Below the pieces are notes generated by a model. It did no database searches and was not told the origin of the DNA. It worked only from the letters and a program-made list of their open reading frames with translations. From Candidatus Faecalibacterium gallistercoris (GTDB lineage Bacteria; Bacillota; Clostridia; Oscillospirales; Ruminococcaceae), in assembly GCA_019116585.1 (NCBI GenBank), contig DXBJ01000013.1, positions 5,799-69,798 of the forward strand: DNA of 64,000 bases, in the 5' to 3' direction. The translations under genes were made by a program, and so were the position numbers. Positions 16,188 through 26,185 of this stretch are shown here, piece after piece (the first letter of the stretch is position 1; the number at the start of each line of letters is the position of its first letter).

Positions 16188-17984
16188 TTACGTTTTGTAG
16201 TCAAAGTTGGGGATGGCGGTCCAGCGGCGGCGCAGAGTGTGGGCGGCCAGCTTGGGCCGGCGGTCCCTCGTCAGCAGGCCCTTGCGGTTGCCGCCCACCC
16301 GCATGGGACCCTGAATGGTGGCAAAGTCGGCAAAGTTCCAGGGCATTTCCCCCACAAAGAAGGAGCGCTTGTCGAACTCTTCCCCCATCCGCTGGTAGTA
16401 TTCGGCCTGGTATTCCTCGCTGAACATCCCGCCGCAGGCGTCGTGGAGGCCGTTCACGGTGTCGGCGCCGTACTCGGTGATGACCACCGGCTTGCCCACC
16501 TCCTGCCAGAAGTCCAGCTCCTCGTTCAGGGCGGCGCAGGCGGCGTCCAGGTCGCCGGACAGGTTATACCACCCGTAATACCGGTTGATGCAGACCACGT
16601 CCATGGTCCGGGTGGTGATGTCTTTGGTGTAGTCGTTCTGGCAGCAGACCAGGGTGACCGGCCGGTCCTGGGGGTCCTGGGCGTGGGCCTGCCGGTACAG
16701 GGGCGTCCAGTAATCCAGGGCCGACTGGGGATAGTGCTCCAGATCGGGCTCGTTGCCCAGGCTCCACAGGATGACGCAGGGGTGGTTCTTGTCCCGGGCG
16801 ATCAGGTCGGCCAGCACCTGGCGGTGATGCCCGGCCAGGGGATAGGTCTGGTAGGGGTCGCCCTCCGCCCCGCCGATGCCCACTGCGGGGGTCTCGTCGA
16901 TGACCAGGATGCCCTCCCGGTCGCACAGGGCATAAAACTCCTCGGCATAAGGGTAGTGGCTGGTGCGCAGGGCGTTGGCTCCAAACCAGTGCATGAAGTG
17001 CAGATCGGTGACGTTGGCCGCCTCGTCCAGGCCGCGGCCGTGGAGGGGGCTGTCCTCGTGCTTGCCAAAGCCCTTCAGATAGAGCGGCCTGCCGTTCAGC
17101 AGCAGGCGGGCGCCCTCCACCCGGACCTCCCGGATGCCGAAGGTCTCCTCGTAGCAGTCCTCGCCGAAGGTGACCCGGGCGGTGTAGAGGTGCGGAGTGC
17201 CGGGCCAGGGCTCCCACAGCTGGGGATGGGGCACGTCCACACTGCCTGCGGCCCCCTCGGCCTTTGCCACCGGGCGGCCGGCAGGGTCCAGGATCCCCAC
17301 CGTCACCGCGCCGTCGCCCACCGTCTCCACCCGGTATTCCACCCGGCCGCTTATGTGGGGCACCAGGGTGATGTCCGCAATGTAGGCCGCGGGGGTGGTG
17401 TAGAGGGTGACCGGCCGCTGGATGCCCGCATAGTTGAAGAAATCGAAGTTGGGGCGGTTCTGGGGCCGGGCGGATGCCTTGGCGTGCTCCACCGAGGGGA
17501 TGCCCGCGTTGTCCGAGCCGAAAAAGGCGATCTGCCCCGGCTCGTTGCCCACCGGCAGGGTGCTGTGGCTGACCCGGTTGTCGGCGGCCACCGTCAGCAG
17601 GGCAGAAGCCCCGGGGGCCAGCCGGCCGGTGACCTCCACCTCAAAGGGCAGGAAACCGCCCCGGTGCTCGGCGATCGGTTCCCCGTCCAGCCAGACCCTG
17701 GCCTGGTGGGTCACCGCGCCGAAGCGGAGCACCACCCGCTGGCCGGCGCAGGCCCGGGGCAGGGTGATCCTGCGCTGATAGAACACCCAGCCGTAGTGAT
17801 CCCGCCAGGCCCGGTCGGGCTTCTGGTCGTTGAAGCTGGCCGGGACCGCCACGGTCTCGGCGCCGGGCAGCGGCCGGGCCGGGTCCAGGCTGGGGGCCTC
17901 CGGGCTTCCGTGGTCCAGGGCAAAGTCCCAGACGCCGTCCAGGCGCATGGTCAGCCGGGCAGCGTTCTGCTGGGGATAAAGCAT
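16188..17984 (-). CDS. uidA: Beta-glucuronidase, glycoside hydrolase family 2
   Basis: 598 aa. ARDKNHPCVILWSLGNEPD (acid/base Glu), NRYYGWY, VITEYGADT (nucleophile Glu) and WNFADFAT...GGNRKG (the N-x-K glucuronide-recognition motif). Confidence 0.85.
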   Translation of the reverse strand: MLYPQQNAARLTMRLDGVWDFALDHGSPEAPSLDPARPLPGAETVAVPASFNDQKPDRAWRDHYGWVFYQRRITLPRACAGQRVVLRFGAVTHQARVWLDGEPIAEHRGGFLPFEVEVTGRLAPGASALLTVAADNRVSHSTLPVGNEPGQIAFFGSDNAGIPSVEHAKASARPQNRPNFDFFNYAGIQRPVTLYTTPAAYIADITLVPHISGRVEYRVETVGDGAVTVGILDPAGRPVAKAEGAAGSVDVPHPQLWEPWPGTPHLYTARVTFGEDCYEETFGIREVRVEGARLLLNGRPLYLKGFGKHEDSPLHGRGLDEAANVTDLHFMHWFGANALRTSHYPYAEEFYALCDREGILVIDETPAVGIGGAEGDPYQTYPLAGHHRQVLADLIARDKNHPCVILWSLGNEPDLEHYPQSALDYWTPLYRQAHAQDPQDRPVTLVCCQNDYTKDITTRTMDVVCINRYYGWYNLSGDLDAACAALNEELDFWQEVGKPVVITEYGADTVNGLHDACGGMFSEEYQAEYYQRMGEEFDKRSFFVGEMPWNFADFATIQGPMRVGGNRKGLLTRDRRPKLAAHTLRRRWTAIPNFDYKT

Positions 17985-18040
17985 CTTGTTCCCTTCCTTT
18001 CAAACCAAATCCCATCCCCGGGGGCGGGGCCCCGGGCTTT

Positions 18041-19201
18041 TTACCAGTACATCTCCCAGTCCTTGGTCAGGCGGGTGAGGGCCTCCATGTAGAAGTAGTC
18101 GCCCCAGCTGGTGCACTCGTCCACCCCTTCGGGGGTGCAGGTGTTGTAGGGGCTCTTCTTGCTGTAGGTGCCGTGCAGCAGCTGGCCCGAGCCCAGGGTG
18201 CCGGGCCGGACGGCGTAGTGGTCCGCCAGGGATGCCAGCATCTGCCGGGCCAGGGTCCGCCACTGCTCCGCTTCTTCGGGGGAGCCGTACTTGGCCGCCT
18301 CCAGCAGGCCGCAGGCCACGATGGCCGCCGAGGAGGAGTCCCGGGGCTCGCCGCTTTCGGGGGCAAAGATCATGTCCCAGCAGGGCACCAGGTCCTCGGG
18401 CAGGCGGGAGAGGTAGAAGTCCAGCGCCTTGCGGAACACATCCAGGAAGGTCGCGTCGTGGGTGTAGGTGTAGCCGATGGCGCTGCCGTAGACGCCCCAG
18501 GCCTGGCCGCGGGCCCAGAAGCTGTCGTCCCGGTAGCCCTGGCAGGTGCGGCCGCCCTTGGGGGTGCCGTCCGGGTTCATATAAAAGGTGTGGTAGGTGC
18601 TGCCGTCCGGCCGGAACGAGTTGGCCAGGCAAGTGGCGGTGTGGGCCGCGGCGATGTCCCGGTAGATCTCCTTGCCGGTGACGCTGGAAGCCCAGTACAG
18701 CAGGGGGACGTTCAGCATGCAGTCGATGATAAAGCGGTAGTTGTCCGGATCGTCCATGGAACCCCAGGCCTGCAGGAACCGGCCGCTGGGCTGGTAGCGG
18801 GTCAGCAGCTGGTCGGCGGCGGCAATGGCGGCGTCCCGGGCCTTTTCGCTGCCCACCAGCTTCCAGGCGGCCACGCAGGAGGGGCTGTAGAGGAAGCCCA
18901 TGTCATGGTGGTCCACCACCACTTTGCGGGCGATGCGGTCGGCAAAGCTGTCGACCTGCACCAGGGCGGCCCTTTTGAACGGCTCGCCGCCGGTGGCCTC
19001 GTAGGCCAGCCAGATCTCGCCGGGCCAGAAGCCGCAGGTCCACTCTTCGTTGGGGCAGCCGGGATAGATGCCGTTCACGCTGGAGTGGTTCTGGCACTGC
19101 CAGGTGTACAGGGGCAGGTTGGTCTCCACCTGGCGGCAGGCGTCGGCCAGGACCTGGCGGGCTTCGGCGTCGGTGAGGGCGCGGTTGGGGAAGTTTTTCA
19201 T
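18041..19201 (-). CDS. Glycoside hydrolase family 88 (unsaturated glucuronyl hydrolase-like)
   Basis: FWPGEIWLAYE, HDMGFLYSPS, IIDCMLNVPLLYW, FWARGQAWGVYG and PCWD motifs. AAGGAGG RBS points to ATG 19201 (the ORF-track start at 19222 is a TTG). Confidence 0.8.
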   Translation of the reverse strand: MKNFPNRALTDAEARQVLADACRQVETNLPLYTWQCQNHSSVNGIYPGCPNEEWTCGFWPGEIWLAYEATGGEPFKRAALVQVDSFADRIARKVVVDHHDMGFLYSPSCVAAWKLVGSEKARDAAIAAADQLLTRYQPSGRFLQAWGSMDDPDNYRFIIDCMLNVPLLYWASSVTGKEIYRDIAAAHTATCLANSFRPDGSTYHTFYMNPDGTPKGGRTCQGYRDDSFWARGQAWGVYGSAIGYTYTHDATFLDVFRKALDFYLSRLPEDLVPCWDMIFAPESGEPRDSSSAAIVACGLLEAAKYGSPEEAEQWRTLARQMLASLADHYAVRPGTLGSGQLLHGTYSKKSPYNTCTPEGVDECTSWGDYFYMEALTRLTKDWEMYW

Positions 19202-19219
19202 GTTGGACAAGCCTCCTTG

Positions 19220-19258
19220 CAAAAAAAGGCGGGGCCGGGTTCAACCCCGGCCCCGCCC
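19220..19258 (-). terminator. Strong intrinsic terminator inside the operon (between permease and GH88)
   Basis: Minus strand reads GGCGGGGCCGGG-GTTGAA-CCCGGCCCCGCC (12 bp) followed by TTTTTTT, ending about 10 nt before the GH88 RBS. Confidence 0.65.
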
Positions 19259-19327
19259 GTCATTGTGATGGGGACATTTTGCCCGGCTTTGCAGCCGGCG
19301 GCGGAATAGGGTCCCTCCAAGGCTATT

Positions 19328-20188
19328 TTACCCCTTAATGCCCGAGGATGCAACACCCTGGACAAAGTACTTCTGGAGGGAGAGGAAGACGATCAGCACC
19401 GGGATCAGCACCACCACCGAGGCCGCCATGATCAGGCCGTACTCGGCGGAATACTGGGAGATGAACATCCGCAGGCCGATCTGGATGGTCTTGAGCTCGG
19501 TCCGGGTCAGGTAGATCAGGGGGCCGAGGAAGTCGTTCCAGGTGTTGACGAAGGTGAAGATGGTCAGGGTGGACAGGGCCGGCAGGCTCAGGGGCAGCAT
19601 GATGTGCCACCAGATGCCGTATTCCGTCAGGCCGTCGATGCGGGCGGCCTCGCACAGCTCGCTGGGCACCCCTTCATAGAACTGCTTCATCAAAAAGACG
19701 CCGAAGGCGCTGAACGCCTGCAGGCACATGATGGCCAGGTGGGTGTTGTTCAGCCCCCAGGAGCTCATCATCATGAACTGGGGCACCATGTACGCCTGCC
19801 AGGGCACCGCGATGGTGGCGATGTAGCCCAGGAACAGCACGTTCTTGCCCTTGAACTGCATCTTGGCGAAGGCGTAGGCCGCAAACGACGAGGTGAACAG
19901 CTGCAGCAGGGTGACCACGATGGTGATCTTGGCGGTGTTCTTGATAAAGGTCAGCAGGGGGATCTCGGTCCAGATGTCCACATAGTTCTGCCAGCGGGGA
20001 TTTTCGGGGATCCACTGGATGGGGAAGCCGAACACGTCCTTGTTCTCCTTGAACGAGGAGGACAGCATCCAGAGGAAGGGCAGCAGCATGAAGGCGGTGA
20101 TGACGATCAGGAAGAAGTAGATGAAGAAGCGCATGATCGCATTGCGCCGCTTCTGGGACGCATGGTCCTTGACAGCAGATACAGCCAT
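19328..20188 (-). CDS. Carbohydrate ABC transporter permease (MalG-like)
   Basis: 286 aa, 6 TM, EAA-loop-like EAARIDGLTEYGIWWHIMLP. Confidence 0.85.
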   Translation of the reverse strand: MAVSAVKDHASQKRRNAIMRFFIYFFLIVITAFMLLPFLWMLSSSFKENKDVFGFPIQWIPENPRWQNYVDIWTEIPLLTFIKNTAKITIVVTLLQLFTSSFAAYAFAKMQFKGKNVLFLGYIATIAVPWQAYMVPQFMMMSSWGLNNTHLAIMCLQAFSAFGVFLMKQFYEGVPSELCEAARIDGLTEYGIWWHIMLPLSLPALSTLTIFTFVNTWNDFLGPLIYLTRTELKTIQIGLRMFISQYSAEYGLIMAASVVVLIPVLIVFLSLQKYFVQGVASSGIKG

Positions 20189-20203
20189 GGTGATCCTCCT
20201 CCC

Positions 20204-21124
20204 TTAGTTTTCGCCGCGGGACCCGCGGAACTGGACGATGGTGACGATCAGCACCAGTACGAACAGGACCATGGCGATGGCGCTGGCATAGCCGTACTTG
20301 GGCGTGTTGACGAACGCCACGTTGTAAATGTAGTACACCAGGGTCATGGTGGCGTTGCCGGGGCCGCCCTGGGTGATCATGTACATCTGGTCGTACACTT
20401 TGAAGCCCGAGATGGTCAGCATGATGACCACGAAGAAGGTGGTGGGGCGCAGCTGGGGCAGGGTGATGTGCCAGAACTGCTGCCAGCGGTTGGCGCCGTC
20501 CAGCTCGGCGGCCTCGTTCAGGTCAGGGTTGCAGCCCTGCAGGCCGGCCAGATAGATGACCATGTAGTAGCCCATGTTTTTCCATACGCTGAACAGGATG
20601 ACCGTCAGCATGGCTGTGTCCTTGCCGGCGGCCCAGCGGGGCAGGTTCTCCACGCCCAGGGCGGCCAGCAGCGAGTTGACCGGGCCCATGGCGGGGTTGA
20701 AGATCATGTTCCAGACCGCGGCCACGGCCACCAGGGACGCGACGTAGGGGAAGAAGGCCACCGTGCGGAAAAAGTTGCGCAGGCGGACGTTCTGGTTCAG
20801 CAGCACCGCCATGGCCAGGCTGCACACCAGCGTCAGGGGCACCGTGCCGACGACGTAGACGATGGTGTTGACCAAAGCCGCCTGGAAAATGCGGTCCTGG
20901 GTGAACAGCCGGACAAAGTTGTCCACAGCCACAAACTCGATGGCGTGGCGGCCGTCCCAGGAGCAGAAGGCCAGCGCAATGGCAAAGACCATGGGCACCA
21001 GGGTGAACACGCAGAAGCCGATGAAGTTGGGGGCGATAAAGGTGTAGGCGGTCAGGGTGTCGCGGAGCGATTTTTTCATCACCCGGCGGGGCTTGTCCGC
21101 CTTGACGGCAGCAGGTTGGGCCAT
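20204..21124 (-). CDS. Sugar ABC transporter permease (MalF/UgpA-like)
   Basis: EAAELDGANRWQQFWHITLPQL EAA loop. GGAGGA RBS before ATG 21124; the longer ORF-track start at 21286 crosses a terminator. Confidence 0.85.
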   Translation of the reverse strand: MAQPAAVKADKPRRVMKKSLRDTLTAYTFIAPNFIGFCVFTLVPMVFAIALAFCSWDGRHAIEFVAVDNFVRLFTQDRIFQAALVNTIVYVVGTVPLTLVCSLAMAVLLNQNVRLRNFFRTVAFFPYVASLVAVAAVWNMIFNPAMGPVNSLLAALGVENLPRWAAGKDTAMLTVILFSVWKNMGYYMVIYLAGLQGCNPDLNEAAELDGANRWQQFWHITLPQLRPTTFFVVIMLTISGFKVYDQMYMITQGGPGNATMTLVYYIYNVAFVNTPKYGYASAIAMVLFVLVLIVTIVQFRGSRGEN

Positions 21125-21248
21125 AAAGGGGATTCCTCCTTTCTCATCGATACACAGACAACACACTTCGCACCCGTCCGGGCCGGCGGGGCCGGACTTG
21201 ATACGGAGGAAAGCAGCGCGCGGCCGGGGCAGGCCCTGCCGCTGCGCC

Positions 21249-21284
21249 GAAAAAAGCGGGGCGGGCGTCCGCCGCCCGCCCCGC
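21249..21284 (-). terminator. Intrinsic terminator/attenuator after the binding-protein gene
   Basis: Minus strand reads GCGGGGCGGGCG-GCGGA-CGCCCGCCCCGC followed by TTTTTTCGG. Confidence 0.65.
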
Positions 21285-21317
21285 ACCGGTACAAAGGATC
21301 AGGCGCTCAGGGTGAGA

Positions 21318-22643
21318 TCAGGCCAGGATGACGGAGACCTGATCGTTCATGTTCTGGATGCCCTCGTCCACCGTCTCGCTCAGGGTCATGATGGCGTCAT
21401 GCTCGGCGTTGAGGATGGTCTCGATGTCGGAGGCGTACTGGGTGTAGGGCATCTCCAGATAGACGGCCACGGTGTTCAGAGCCTCGGCGGAAGCGTCGTC
21501 CTCGGGGAAGCCGGCGGTGCCGCGGATGATCTCGTTGGTCTCGTCCGAGCCGCATGCGGGGAAGGTGCCGGTCTCAGCGATGACCTTGGCGCCCTCTTCC
21601 GACACACACCAGTTGATGAAGTCGGCGGCGGCCTCGGCCTTGGGCGAATCCACGTTGATGGCCAGGGCGGTCACGGTGCCCAGGGTGGAGCCGGCAGGCG
21701 CGTTGGCGGGGTGGGGATACTTGACCATGCCCCAGTTGAACGGGGTCTCGGCCTCGGCCATGTAGGTCTGCAGGGTGGCGATGAACCAGCTGCCCATGGG
21801 CAGCATGGCGCACTGCTGGTTCTCGAACGCGGCCGAGTAGTGCAGGGAAGAGGTCTTGAGGTAGCCGTAATCCATGCAGATGCCGTCGTTCTGCTGGGCC
21901 AGCACCAGGTCGTAGGTGGGCTTCATGAAGTCATAGTTGCCGTCCACGATAGTGTTCTCGCCGTCCAGGATGGAGAACAGGGACACGCAGGAGCGCCAGG
22001 TGTGGTAGTGGGTGCCGTAGACCTTGGCGTCGCCCTCGCCGCTGGTCATCTGGCGGGCCAGGGCGTCGTACTCCTCCATGGGCAGGTCGTTGGCGGGGTA
22101 GGGCACGCCGGCGGCGTCGAACAGGTCCTTGTTGTAGAACAGGACCCAGAAGTCATTGCGGAAGGGCACGGCGTAGAAGTTGCCGTCGTCGGTGGTCAGC
22201 TGCTCGATGGTGCCGTTGAAGTCGGCGGTGTCCCGGGTCAGGACGTCGTTCATCGGGGCCAGGTAGTCCAGGTTGATGAGGTTGGCGTAGCCGGGGATGT
22301 CCTTGATGGACAGCACGTCGATGTCGGCGGCGCCGGCCAGCTGGGTGGCCAGGACGGTCATGTAGTCGGTGGAGCCCAGGTCCAGCATCTCGATGGTCAC
22401 GTTGTCGTGGCTGGCCATGTAGCCGTCGGCCATGGCCTGCCAGTAGGCGGTGGACTCCTTGTCCCAGATGGTCCACACCAGGTTGGTGGCGCCGCCCTCC
22501 GAAGCAGCGCCGGAAGCAGCGGTGGACCCGGCGGTCGAAGCGGCGGTGGAGCTGGAATCGCTGCCGCCGCAGGCAGCAAGGGCGGCAGCGCCGGCAACGA
22601 CGGCGCTGGCTTTCAGGAACGAACGGCGGGAAATCTTTCTCAT
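21318..22643 (-). CDS. ABC transporter substrate-binding lipoprotein (family 1 solute-binding protein)
   Basis: MRKISRRSFLKASAVVAGAAALAACGG signal/lipobox. 441 aa, typical sugar SBP length. Confidence 0.85.
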   Translation of the reverse strand: MRKISRRSFLKASAVVAGAAALAACGGSDSSSTAASTAGSTAASGAASEGGATNLVWTIWDKESTAYWQAMADGYMASHDNVTIEMLDLGSTDYMTVLATQLAGAADIDVLSIKDIPGYANLINLDYLAPMNDVLTRDTADFNGTIEQLTTDDGNFYAVPFRNDFWVLFYNKDLFDAAGVPYPANDLPMEEYDALARQMTSGEGDAKVYGTHYHTWRSCVSLFSILDGENTIVDGNYDFMKPTYDLVLAQQNDGICMDYGYLKTSSLHYSAAFENQQCAMLPMGSWFIATLQTYMAEAETPFNWGMVKYPHPANAPAGSTLGTVTALAINVDSPKAEAAADFINWCVSEEGAKVIAETGTFPACGSDETNEIIRGTAGFPEDDASAEALNTVAVYLEMPYTQYASDIETILNAEHDAIMTLSETVDEGIQNMNDQVSVILA

Positions 22644-22903
22644 GATCTTTGCCTCCTGGAAATCATCTTTTTCTTCTTCAAAACCGGCAGGCGGATGGCC
22701 TCCATACGCCTGTCCAACTACCTATACTATAAAACAGGCCGCCCCGTTTCGGAATGGAAAATCCAAAAAATCGTTTGTAAATTTTTCAGATTTCACGCAA
22801 AACCTGTAAAATCTTCAACTCAAAGCTGTAAATATTTTATCTTTTGTACAAAAAGAATTGTCTGTGGAAAATTTTTCCGTGCTATATCTACAAACCTCGC
22901 GTT

Positions 22904-24067
22904 TTATTCCTCTCCCCGCCGGGCGGCGGCTCCCAGCGCCGCCAGCAGCACCCCCACCGCTCCAAAACAGGCGGCGGGGCCCAGCGCCGCGATGGCCGAC
23001 GACCCGGTCAGGAACACCAGCTCGAACAGGCTGGACGCCATATGGAAGGCCGACAGCGCCTCGGCCCGGTGGGCCTCCTGGCCCTGCCGGTCGATCAGGG
23101 CGTTCTGCCACAGGCTCAGGATGCAGCCCGGCACCGCCAGCAGCAGGGGCAGGGCCAGCATCAGCGGCAGGGCCACCGCCGCCTGCCCCACTGCCCCCAG
23201 CAGGACCATCCCCGCGCCGGCCGCCCCGCAGAACAGGCCCACCGCCAGCCCCCGGCGGCGCAGCCGCCCCAGGATGGGGGACGCCAGCATCTGGATGCAG
23301 GAATAGCCCAGGATGAGCGGGGTCATCCACAGTTCGCTCAGGCCGCAGGCCTGCAGCCGCTCCGCGTAAAAGAAATTCACCAGCAGCCGCCCCAGGCTCA
23401 GCGCCGCCAGCAGCCCCATCAAAAGCCAGGCCCGCCGGCTGCGCAGCAGGCTGCCCAGGGCGCCGCCTTCGGGCCGGGTCTCCTCCCGGCGGGGGGCGGG
23501 GCGGGCGCCCCGGGGCAGGGCAAAGGAGAGGGCAAAGGCCGCCCCGCTGGTGCACACGGTGGCCCCCAGCAGCGCCGGCAGGCCCCCCGCGGCGTACAGG
23601 ACCCCATACCCCAGGGTGCTGCACAGAAAGCCGGCGGTACACCAGTTTTCCATCCGGGCCTTTTTGGGCAGGTAGCGCTCCGGCGGCAGGACGCCGTAGA
23701 GGTAGGCGTCCCAGGTGCCCGACTCCAAACTGATGGCCAGGCCCTCCACCGCCGCTTCCAGGACGAACAGGGGCAGGCTGCGGGCCAAAAACGCCGCCAG
23801 CAGCAGGGCGCGGGCCAGGAAAAAGCAGCCCTCGCACAGGCGGATGGTGCTGCGGTAGCCGATGCGGTCGGTCAGGCGGCCGCAGGGCAGCTCGCCCAGC
23901 AGCGCCGCCGCCGCGATCAGCGCCTGCAGCAGGAAAAACTGCCCGGCGCTGACCCCGGCCGTGGTCCGCACCAGCAGGGCGACGGGCGCAAAAAAGACCA
24001 GCCCGTCACAAAAGGACAGCAAGTCCAGGCCGTCCGGCAGACGGCCTGTGTCAACGATATGCTTCAT
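22904..24067 (-). CDS. MFS transporter
   Basis: 387 aa, about 12 hydrophobic segments, GRLTDRIGYR loop motif between TM2 and TM3. Confidence 0.7.
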   Translation of the reverse strand: MKHIVDTGRLPDGLDLLSFCDGLVFFAPVALLVRTTAGVSAGQFFLLQALIAAAALLGELPCGRLTDRIGYRSTIRLCEGCFFLARALLLAAFLARSLPLFVLEAAVEGLAISLESGTWDAYLYGVLPPERYLPKKARMENWCTAGFLCSTLGYGVLYAAGGLPALLGATVCTSGAAFALSFALPRGARPAPRREETRPEGGALGSLLRSRRAWLLMGLLAALSLGRLLVNFFYAERLQACGLSELWMTPLILGYSCIQMLASPILGRLRRRGLAVGLFCGAAGAGMVLLGAVGQAAVALPLMLALPLLLAVPGCILSLWQNALIDRQGQEAHRAEALSAFHMASSLFELVFLTGSSAIAALGPAACFGAVGVLLAALGAAARRGEE

Positions 24068-24370
24068 GGCAAGATACCTCGTGATCCCATTTCAAAAGCG
24101 TTGGGGCGCAGGGGCCCCCGGCGTGCCGGAAGCATCCCGGCGCACCTGGCATGTTCTTGTCCTGGTTTAAGGCATCTTCACCCGCAGCATATCCTTGCAG
24201 CTCCCTTCGTGGGCTGATCCTGTTTTTGATCTGTTGGGGCCATTATAGCACGCCGGCCCCGGGTTGACAAGTTCCGTTTTTAGACAAGTTGCTTGCACCG
24301 GTTGACAATCGGGACAAAAAAAGTTAATTTATTATGTGTACATCATCAAAAGAGAGGGGAGGAGAAGGCC

Positions 24371-26185
24371 GTGTCCTTTGACTTGGTCCGCAGGATGTCC
24401 CTGCGCCGGCAGATCCTGTGGGGCACCCAGCTGTTCACCGCGGTGGTCAGCCTGCTGGTGGGGGTGGTCCTGTTTGCCCTGTCCGACTCCTACATCCGCG
24501 CCACCACCCTCCGCTCGGTGGAGTTCAACCTCCAGCAGATGGCCGCCTCGGTCCAGACCAGCCTGGACACGGCCCAGGGGCTGCTGAACTGGGCCTCCAC
24601 CGACAGCACCCTGCGCCGCTACCTGACCGCCAGCCAGACCAGCGGCCCTCTGACCACCTCGGCTTACGATACCTTTTCCGACCGGTACCTGTCCAGCCAG
24701 CTGCAGACCCGGATCGTCCGCTTTTTCATCACCGACGGGACCAGCCGCTTTCTGCAGCAGGGCAACATCGCCACCTCCGCCGGGCTGAACGCCCAGACCA
24801 TCGCCCTGTTCGAGGGGCCGGACGGCGGCCCCACCTTTGCGGAGGACCCTCTTCTGCCCACCCGCCCCACCTGCCTGGTGCTGCGGCGGCAGATCCGCAC
24901 CGGCGCCGGCCAGGCCCATGCCGGCTGGATCTATCTGGGGCTGGACACCTCGGTCATCACCGGCGCGGCCGAAAACTATATCATGCCGGACGAGGGCGTC
25001 CTCTACTGGCGGATGGGGGACCAGATCTGGCGGCTGGACGGCCGCCACCTGTCCCTGCTGGAAAACGGCCTGGACCTGGAGCCCTACAGCGCCGCCGGCA
25101 TGGCCAGCCCCTCCACCCATGTTTCCCGCATCACCCGCAACCGGCGCGCCTTTCTGGGCGTGGGGGTGCCCTTGCAGGGCTGGGACGCCGAGCTGATCCA
25201 GCTTTTCCCCGAGAGCACCTTCCTCAGCCAGCGGATGATCTACCTGCTGCTGATCGGGCTGGGCATCCTGCTGCTGTGGTCCATGAGCGCGCTGCTGATG
25301 CGCTGGCTGGACGCCGTCATCACCAAGCCGGTGGCCGCCCTCCGCCACCGCATCGACGAGATCAGCGAGGGCAACTTTGCCATCGACCACGCCATCGAGT
25401 GGTCCAACGAGCTGGGGGACATCGGCCGGGGGATCAACCATCTGGCCGGCAACGTGGAGGGCCTGCTGGCCCGCCGCCTGGAGGACCAGAAGCGCAAGCA
25501 GGACCTGGAATACCAGATGCTGCAGACCGAGATCAACCCCCATTTCATCTACAACACCCTCAACTCCATCCGCTGGATGGCCACCATCCAGAACGCCACC
25601 GGCATCGCGGAGATGGTCACCGCCTTTGCCCGGCTGACCAAGAGCATCTCCAAGAGCACCCAGAAGCTGGTCCCCCTGCAGGACGAGCTGGCCCTGCTCA
25701 ACGATTACTTTACCATCCAGCAGTACCGCTACGGCGGCGACATCCAGATCGAGGTGGCCCGCATCGACGACGAGGCCATCTGCCGGGACTGCATGATCCC
25801 CCGTTTCACCCTGCAGCCCCTGGCCGAAAACGCCATCTTCCACGGGCTGGAGCCCAAGGGCGGCTTTGGCAGCGTGCTGCTGGAGATCTGCCTCAGCCCC
25901 GGGGACGGGGATGTGCTGGTCACCCTGACCGACGACGGGGTGGGCATGCCCCCCGAGCAGGTGGCCCACCTGCTGGACCCGCCCAAAACCCAGGCCGACG
26001 CCCAGGACAAGATCCGCCATGTGGGCCTGTGGAACGTCCACCGGCGGCTCCAGTATTCCTTTGGCAGCCGTTACGGCCTGACGGTCGAAAGTGAACCCGG
26101 CGTAGGCACCGCGGTGACCATCCGCCTGCCCTACCGCCGCAACGAGGGAGGAGGTCAAGCGAATGCTGCGGATCCTACTGGCTGA
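24371..26185 (+). CDS. Sensor histidine kinase, YesM-like (HAMP + His_kinase + HATPase)
   Basis: NPHFIYNTLNSIRWMA H-box, HAMP segment, and C-terminal GVGM...GxG ATPase motifs. Start uncertain: GTG 24371 after GGAGGAG, with alternatives ATG 24293 or 24395. Confidence 0.8.
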   Translation: MSFDLVRRMSLRRQILWGTQLFTAVVSLLVGVVLFALSDSYIRATTLRSVEFNLQQMAASVQTSLDTAQGLLNWASTDSTLRRYLTASQTSGPLTTSAYDTFSDRYLSSQLQTRIVRFFITDGTSRFLQQGNIATSAGLNAQTIALFEGPDGGPTFAEDPLLPTRPTCLVLRRQIRTGAGQAHAGWIYLGLDTSVITGAAENYIMPDEGVLYWRMGDQIWRLDGRHLSLLENGLDLEPYSAAGMASPSTHVSRITRNRRAFLGVGVPLQGWDAELIQLFPESTFLSQRMIYLLLIGLGILLLWSMSALLMRWLDAVITKPVAALRHRIDEISEGNFAIDHAIEWSNELGDIGRGINHLAGNVEGLLARRLEDQKRKQDLEYQMLQTEINPHFIYNTLNSIRWMATIQNATGIAEMVTAFARLTKSISKSTQKLVPLQDELALLNDYFTIQQYRYGGDIQIEVARIDDEAICRDCMIPRFTLQPLAENAIFHGLEPKGGFGSVLLEICLSPGDGDVLVTLTDDGVGMPPEQVAHLLDPPKTQADAQDKIRHVGLWNVHRRLQYSFGSRYGLTVESEPGVGTAVTIRLPYRRNEGGGQANAADPTG

